Assembly: GCF_006345805.1 (NCBI RefSeq)
Contig: NW_021835574.1
Location: 1-25,974, forward strand
Reading direction: 5' to 3'
Source of the DNA: Octopus sinensis
Taxonomy: Eukaryota
DNA: 25,974 nt
Under the pieces are notes generated by a model. That model worked only from the letters and a program-made list of their open reading frames with translations, was not told the origin of the DNA and searched no databases. How positions within the stretch are numbered: position 1 is the stretch's first letter; each line of letters starts with the position of its first letter. The position numbers and the translations under genes are program-made. This document shows, one piece after another, positions 19,620-25,974 of this stretch.

Positions 19620-19859
19620 TATAATATTTTTTCTATGTTACCTTTTTTTTATTTTCTTATTCTATTTATCTTTTTATTTTTATGTATTATTTTATTTATT
19701 TACGTTTCTCTGACCTGCTGACATATCGATATATAATCGATGATTTGTGATTTGATTGCCAAAGTGATTATTGTCTGTTTTGAAGTACGGAATCTTCTCG
19801 ATAATTTGGTTGGTTTCTAGACCAACATTAGCGGTTCTTTGTTAATTGACTAGGGGCCT

Positions 19860-20400
19860 ATATATGTGTGTGCGTGTCTATCTGTATGTGTATGTGTGTA
19901 CGTGTGCAGATGTGTGTATGCGTGTGTGTGTGGTGTCTGTTCGGCTGTGCATGCATTTGCATATGTGTGTGCATGTGCCGGTGTAGGAGTGTCTGTGAAT
20001 CTACTTATGTGAATAAGCCGTGTGTTCCTGTGTGTCAGTGTGTCTGTGTGCGTGGACCTGCGTGTCTATTTCTGTGTGTGTCTATGTGTTTCTGTGTATA
20101 CCTGTATACGTTTATAAGTGTGCTTGTGTGAGTGTGTGTGTGTGTGTATGTGCTTGCATGTGTGTTTATGTATGTGTGTAGCGTGTGCATGCCAATGTAA
20201 GAGTGTTTGCATTTGTACCTATGTGAATAAGGAATCTGCTTCTGTGTGTGGGGGGGGCCTTGTGCGTGCGCACACGTGTGTGTCAATGTGTCTGTGTATA
20301 TAACTGTATGTGCCTGTATGCGTACTTGTGTGTTTGTCTATATATGTATGTGTGTGTGCCTATATGTCTGTATATCTGTGTGAGTGTGTGTGTGTACTGG
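19860..20400. repeat. Degenerate (TG)n-rich compound repeat
   Basis: Directly visible. Confidence 0.85.
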
Positions 20401-20509
20401 CAAGACTGTCAGACACTAATTACAGAGCACATATTTATGGTGTTTCTAACGAGAAACTTGGTGAATATATCGTGTTATTTAAACATAACTTCTGATTACT
20501 CTAAACCAG

Positions 20510-20652
20510 TCTGACCTTGTCTGGTCTGGTCTAATCTGGCCTCGTCTGGCCTCGTCTGGCATGGCCTGGCCTGGTCTATTCCGGCCGGGCTTGGCCTGGC
20601 TTCTTCTGGCCTGGTCCGGTCTGGTCTGGCCTGTTCTGGCTTGGCTGGCCTG
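20510..20652. repeat. Degenerate GC-rich pentanucleotide repeat (TCTGG/CCTGG)n
   Basis: tctggtctggtctaatctggcctcgtctgg...gcctggtccggtctggtctggcc. Confidence 0.85.
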
Positions 20653-20676
20653 ACGTAGCCTCTTTTTTCATATTAA

Positions 20677-21172
20677 TGTGTGTGTGTATGTATGTATGTT
20701 TTGTATGTATGCATGTATGCATGTATGTATGTATGTATGTATGTATGGTATGTATGTATGTATGTATGTATGCATGTGTGTATGTATGTAGGTATGTACG
20801 TATGTACGTTTGTACGGGTATGTATGTCTGTATGTAGGTATGTATGAATGTATGTATGTATGTATGTATGTATGTATATATGTATGTATGTTTTGTATGT
20901 ATGTATGTATGTATGTATGTATGTATGCATGCATGTATGTATGCATGCATGCATGTATGTCTGTATGTATGTATGTGTGTATGTATGTATGTATGTTTGT
21001 ATGTATGTATGCATGCATGTATGTAGGTATGTATGAATGTATGTATGTAAGTATGTATGTATGTATGTATGTATATATGTATGTATGTTTTGTATGTATG
21101 TATGTATGTATGCATGTATGTATGTATGTGTGTATGGATGGATGGATGGATGGATGGATGGATGGATGTATG
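20677..21172. repeat. (TATG)n microsatellite ending in (TGGA)n
   Basis: Directly visible. Confidence 0.95.
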
Positions 21173-21569
21173 CATAATAATTTCGCCCAATACCACATGA
21201 CTTAAAGTTTCGTGGGTAGTAGAACACATCCAACTCATGATATTCTATCAGGAGAGCGGAAATTTTGAGAGAAACCCACGGTGGCTTCTAGATGTTCAGG
21301 GCTGTTCGTCAGCTCAGGTCACGTTGGGTTAATGCTATGAAACCGTCTCCAGCTATTTTCATTATTTTTAGGCCCATATTTTCGGACAGAACTTTGGGGT
21401 ATATTACATGGTGCATATCGTAGCAGAAAGGGTATGAAAGACAGGGTGATGACCCTTGTGGCTTTCACTATCACAAATGCAGCGAACCAGCGATTGGCTG
21501 TCAGTCGAAATACTGTAACCAATAATATTTACAAATTGGGATATAAAACATATACATGGGTACATCTTA

Positions 21570-21632
21570 CAAGCCCTATATATATGTGTGTGTCTGTGTG
21601 GTGTGTGTGTGCGTGTGTAGCCAGATTGATAG

Positions 21633-21663
<31 letters not shown>

Positions 21664-21759
21664 CATACATACATACATACATACATACATACATGCATAT
21701 CTGTATATGTTTGTGTGTGACTGCATGTATATGTAAAAGGGAGATATAGATATAAATAC

Positions 21760-21797
<38 letters not shown>

Positions 21798-22262
21798 ATA
21801 GATATATATATAAATATATATATGTATATATAATATTATAATATATATATAATATATCTACATATATATATAAATATATATGATATATATATCTATATAT
21901 ATTAATATATATGCATGTTTGTATTATGTGTGTATGATGTATATATATATATATTCATATATGTATGTATGTATGTGTCTGTATGTTTTTATGTATGTGT
22001 GTATGTATGTATGTATGTATGTATGTATGGATGAATGTATGTATGTATGAATGTATACATATAGATACATATATATATAGATATGTATGTAGGTGTGTTG
22101 TATGTTTGTATGTATGTGTGTATGCATGTGTGTATGTATGTATCTGTCTCTGTATGTATGCCTGTATGTGTGTGTATGTATGCCTGTCGTCTGTCTGCAT
22201 GTATGTATGTATGTATGTATGTATGTACGTACGTGCGTACGTATGTGTCTGTATGTATGTAC
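21570..22262. repeat. Compound (ACAT)/(TA)/(TATG) microsatellite block
   Basis: Directly visible. Confidence 0.9.
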
Positions 22263-22583
22263 AAAAGGTTAGCATTATTTATAGCCATGGATTCCGGGGT
22301 TCCATATTGAATGTGAACAGTCGTTGCCTTTCTTTGGTCTTATAATTAATTGTCAAATTCCTCTTTCATGGATTCATATTGAATCCCAAACGATTCCAAA
22401 ATATAAATAACTTTGCTTTGTTGCCGTTGATTTAATTTTTCGGTTTTTTTTTTCCTTTTTTCTTTTACTTTTTTCTTTTACTTTTCGAGTTGCTGCTTTA
22501 TGAAGTTCAGGATTTCTGTTGTTTAAAACCGTTCTGATATATATTTTTAGCATTAAACCACTCCAGAACGGACAGATTTTGAA

Positions 22584-22716
22584 TGATGAGGACGACGACG
22601 ACGACGAGTAGGAGGAGGAGGAAGAGGTGGTGGTGGTGGTGGTGGTGGTAGAAAGAGGAGGAGGAGGAGGAGGAGTGATGATGGTGGTGGTGTAGTAGTA
22701 GTAGTAGCAGTAGTAA

Positions 22717-22768
<52 letters not shown>

Positions 22769-22868
22769 TGTAGTAGCAGTAGTAGTAGTAGTAATAGTAG
22801 TAGTAGTAGTAGTAGTAGTAATGGGGATAAGAGGAGGAGTGGTGATGGTGGTGGTGATGGTGGTGGTT

Positions 22869-22905
<37 letters not shown>

Positions 22906-22920
22906 CGGCAGCAGCAGCAG
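22584..22920. repeat. Compound trinucleotide microsatellite (GAC/GAG/GGT/TAG/GCA)
   Basis: Directly visible. Confidence 0.95.
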
Positions 22921-23564
22921 CACTAAGATCTTACAAAAATGGATCCTATTTTGTATCGTACAATAGTTTCCAGGGTATTATTCGCTGGGGCTTTTTCCAT
23001 TTTTTTTCTTCTTTCTTTCTTTTCATTTCTTTCCAAACAGAAAATACAAACATATTTATGTAAGAAGAGAGATGAGAGGCGATGGGAGTTGTCCTAACTC
23101 ATTCGTACCGTATTGCTTTTTTTTTGTTATTGTTCTCTTTCAGACACTAGTGACAGAAAATCAACATTTATATTTTCATCTATAACATTGCGATGGAAAT
23201 ATTCGAGCGTGATTTATCGTGTTTCAAGCCTTTTAATAACAACCCGAGAATTTTTCTATCATCTTGTACCAATCAATACAAATCTATATGCTTAGAGATG
23301 CGAGCGCTACAAGAGACGCAACCTTCCGTTCTCCAGCCTTTCACTCCGATGATCAGCTAACCTCCTGTTTTCCACCATATTTTTGTCGCGTCCAATCTCG
23401 CTTGTTTTCAGTCGTCTTCTCCGGATTTACCTATATGTCTTTCAGTGAGATTTAGCTCCTATTTTTAGCAAATACAATAGGTATTTCCTGGTAGCATGAA
23501 GTAGCTGCCCTAATATTTGATATAAGTTCTTGGCTTTGATTTGTTTTAGCAACAGTCGTAGCTG

Positions 23565-23814
23565 AGGAAGGAGGCGACGACGAGACGACGGCGAGAAGAA
23601 GAAGAAGACGAAGAAGCGACAAGGACGAGGCGAGGAAAGGAGAGGAGGAAAAGAAAAAGAAAAAGGAGGAAGAAGAAGAAACAAGAAAAAGGAAAAAGAG
23701 AGAGGAAAGGAAGGAGGAGGAGGAAAGGAGGGAGGACGGAAGGAGCGAGGGGGGAGGAGGAGGAGGAGGAGGAGAAGAAGAAGAAGAAAAAGAAGAAAGA
23801 AGAAGAAGAAGAAG

Positions 23815-23846
<32 letters not shown>
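23565..23846. repeat. Purine-rich compound repeat (GAA/GGA) ending in (CAA)n
   Basis: Directly visible. Confidence 0.9.
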
Positions 23847-24316
23847 GGTGGTGTACGAAAAGAAGAGAAAAATAATAAATTTGGCGGGTGGTATAACAGT
23901 AGTAGGATGTTAGTGAAATCCTCTTAAATGGTCAATTGACCTAAAAGTGACCTGTTGTAGTTGTAATAGTAGTGATTGAAATTGCTCAGAATAAATTCAT
24001 GGGTAGTGACTGTTCTGAATATATTGTTTTTGATATTTGCACGGGTATTATTCTAAGTTCCTTGTAATAGTGTCATTTGTGGTGGACGCATTCAAAAGGA
24101 GTTTATATTTTGTTAAAAAATATGACTCTTTGCTAATGCACATATTATAGGTTGCATCGTCCCTGAATTTATAGAAGGGAAATATTCTTAAGTTGGGTTG
24201 TTTGTTCGTGACGCAATTGTCGATGTGTTCGCTGAATGCTACTTTTCATCGGGTACGAGAAGCTTTCCCGAGAGGAATACCTCTATGTTGTGGCTTTCTA
24301 CATTATGTCCACAAAA

Positions 24317-24875
24317 GGCGGCGAGCTGGCAGAAACGTGGTATTTCGTCCGCCGCTGCGTTCTGAGTTCAAATTCCGCCGAGGTCGACTTTACCTTTCAC
24401 CCTTTCGTGGTCGATAAATTAAGTAGCAGTGATGCACTGGGGTCGATGTAATCGAAATTAATCCATTTGTCTGTCCTTGTTTGTCTCCTCTGTGTGTAAC
24501 CCCTTGTGGGCAATAAAGAAATAGGTATTTCGTCTGCCGCTACGTTCTGAGTTCAAATTCCGCCGAGGTCGTCTTTGCCTTTCATCATTTCGGGGTAGAT
24601 TAAATAAGTACCAGTTACACACTGGGTTCGATGTAATCGACTGAATCCCTTTGTCTGTCCTTGCTTGTCCTCTCTGTGTTTAGCCCCTTGTGGGTAGTAA
24701 AGAAATAGGTATTTCGTCTGTCTTTATGTTCTAAGCTCAAATTACACTGATGTCGACTTTGCCTTATATCCTTTCTGTGTCGATAAATTAAGTACCGGTT
24801 GCGTACTGGGGTCGATCTAATCGACTGCCCCCTCTCCAAAAATTTTGGGCCTTATGCCTAGAGTAGAAAATAATT
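24317..24875 (+). mobile_element. Family A SINE trimer: shortened head + two A1 units + one A2-tailed unit
   Basis: Junction gaaataggtatttc at 24518-24531 and 24702-24715 (period 184); the last unit ends ccccctctccaaaaattttgggccttatgcctagagtagaaaa. Confidence 0.9.
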
Positions 24876-24927
24876 AAGATATACAGAATGTTATGTTGAA
24901 TTAATACTGCTTCTGCCCCTAATAACA

Positions 24928-25122
24928 AACATACATACATACATACATACATACATACATACATACATACATACATACATACATACATGCATGCATACAT
25001 ACATGTCTATCAATTGATTTGTGTTTTAATAATCGTGATTATCAACTCCGCAGCCTCCAGTCTGTATTTGTCTCGCAGGGTATCCTGAATAATGAATATT
25101 CCTGGCTGATCAACCAGTCAGT

Positions 25123-25182
<60 letters not shown>

Positions 25183-25320
25183 TGTGTGTGTGTGTGTGCG
25201 TGTGTGTGTGTGTGTGTGTTTGCGTGTGTGTAGATAGATAGATACATACATACATACATACATACATACATACATACATACATACATGCAAATAGACAGG
25301 CAGACATACATTTATATATA
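24928..25320. repeat. (ACAT)n, (GT)n and (ACAT)n microsatellites around a short unique segment (~25005-25125)
   Basis: Directly visible. Confidence 0.85.
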
Positions 25321-25486
25321 AGACAGAGAGAGGCGATAATGTCCTTTATTTAAGTTGGTATGCTGTACTTTCAAAGAGATTTGACAGCTATTTCTAGCAC
25401 TTCGTCTAAGGCCCGTAATGATACCTCTTTGTTACTCTCTACGTCAATCATTCTTTCAAGAGATCCATTGACCGTAGCTGATAAAC

Positions 25487-25830
25487 AGATAGATAGATTT
25501 CTTATTGGCCACTCAGGGCTAAACACAGAAGGGACAAAATACAAAGTAGAGCTTTTCTTTTTGGGAAGAAGAGAACGGAAAAAAGGGGGTGGGGAATTCT
25601 GATCAAAAGGGATCGTGAAAAGAAAAAAAGGGGTGGGAGATTTCCGATCAAAAGGGATCGTGGAAAGAAAAGTGGGGCCGATCAATAGGGATCGTGTATC
25701 ACAGAAATGTCAATGTAAAAAGAGAAAACAGATTAGGTTTGTCCGTGGATAGAAAAGCCTACGGAAAAGACCACGGGGACCTTGGGCAATAGTATCAGGC
25801 AAACAGAAAACACATTACAGTAAGTGGTTC
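25487..25830 (-). mobile_element. LINE-like 3' end/UTR with the family A1-type tail and a short (ATCT)n end; internal 45-bp repeats
   Basis: Minus strand: ...gaaaagctctactttgtattttgtcccttctgtgtttagccctgagtggccaataagaaatctatctatct. gatcaa(a/t)agggatcgtg occurs at 25601, 25646 and 25680. No ORF is visible, so LINE identity is inferred and the 5' boundary is uncertain. Confidence 0.5.
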
Positions 25831-25857
25831 TCTTTTTTCCTTTTATTTTTCTTCTTT

Positions 25858-25858
25858 T

Positions 25859-25903
<45 letters not shown>

Positions 25904-25974
25904 AGATAGATAAGTTTCTTTATTGGCCACACAGGGCTGCACACAGGTGGGACAAATTACAGGTAGAGCTTTTC
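25858..25974 (-). mobile_element. Second copy of the same 3' end with a long (ATCT)n tail, running off the window
   Basis: Plus strand: (agat)n then gtttctttattggccacacagggctgcacacaggtgggacaaattacaggtagagcttttc, homologous to 25497-25557. Confidence 0.65.

Noticed and set aside
25079-25125. Acceptor-like gtctcgcag followed by GILNNEYSWLINQS
   Set aside because: No convincing donor site or known protein match; embedded between microsatellites.

Overview
Repeat-saturated, AT-rich eukaryotic non-coding DNA (intronic or intergenic). The SINE repertoire and microsatellite density point to an octopus (coleoid cephalopod) genome; this is an inference from recognition, not a database hit. I found no recognisable host protein-coding gene, rRNA, intact tRNA or CRISPR array, and nearly all ORF-track entries are microsatellite or repeat artefacts. 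The window holds at least three tRNA-derived SINE families: family A (tRNA-like head plus ~184-bp body, two alternative tails, often multimeric), family B (CORE-like, with an internal microsatellite) and family C (tRNA-Arg-like head). It also contains a non-autonomous Helitron, a Tc1/mariner-type (Tc2-like) MITE, a 255-bp near-perfect palindrome, a decayed RTE-like reverse transcriptase fragment, a Penelope-like fragment with a minimal hammerhead ribozyme, LINE-like 3' ends sharing the family A tail, two minisatellites and many microsatellites. The most interesting signals are (i) family A concatemers joined through one invariant palindromic junction, GAAATA-GG-TATTTC (8 occurrences), with target-site duplications flanking whole multimers, which suggests structure-guided repeated template jumping, and (ii) the hammerhead ribozyme and related half-motifs.
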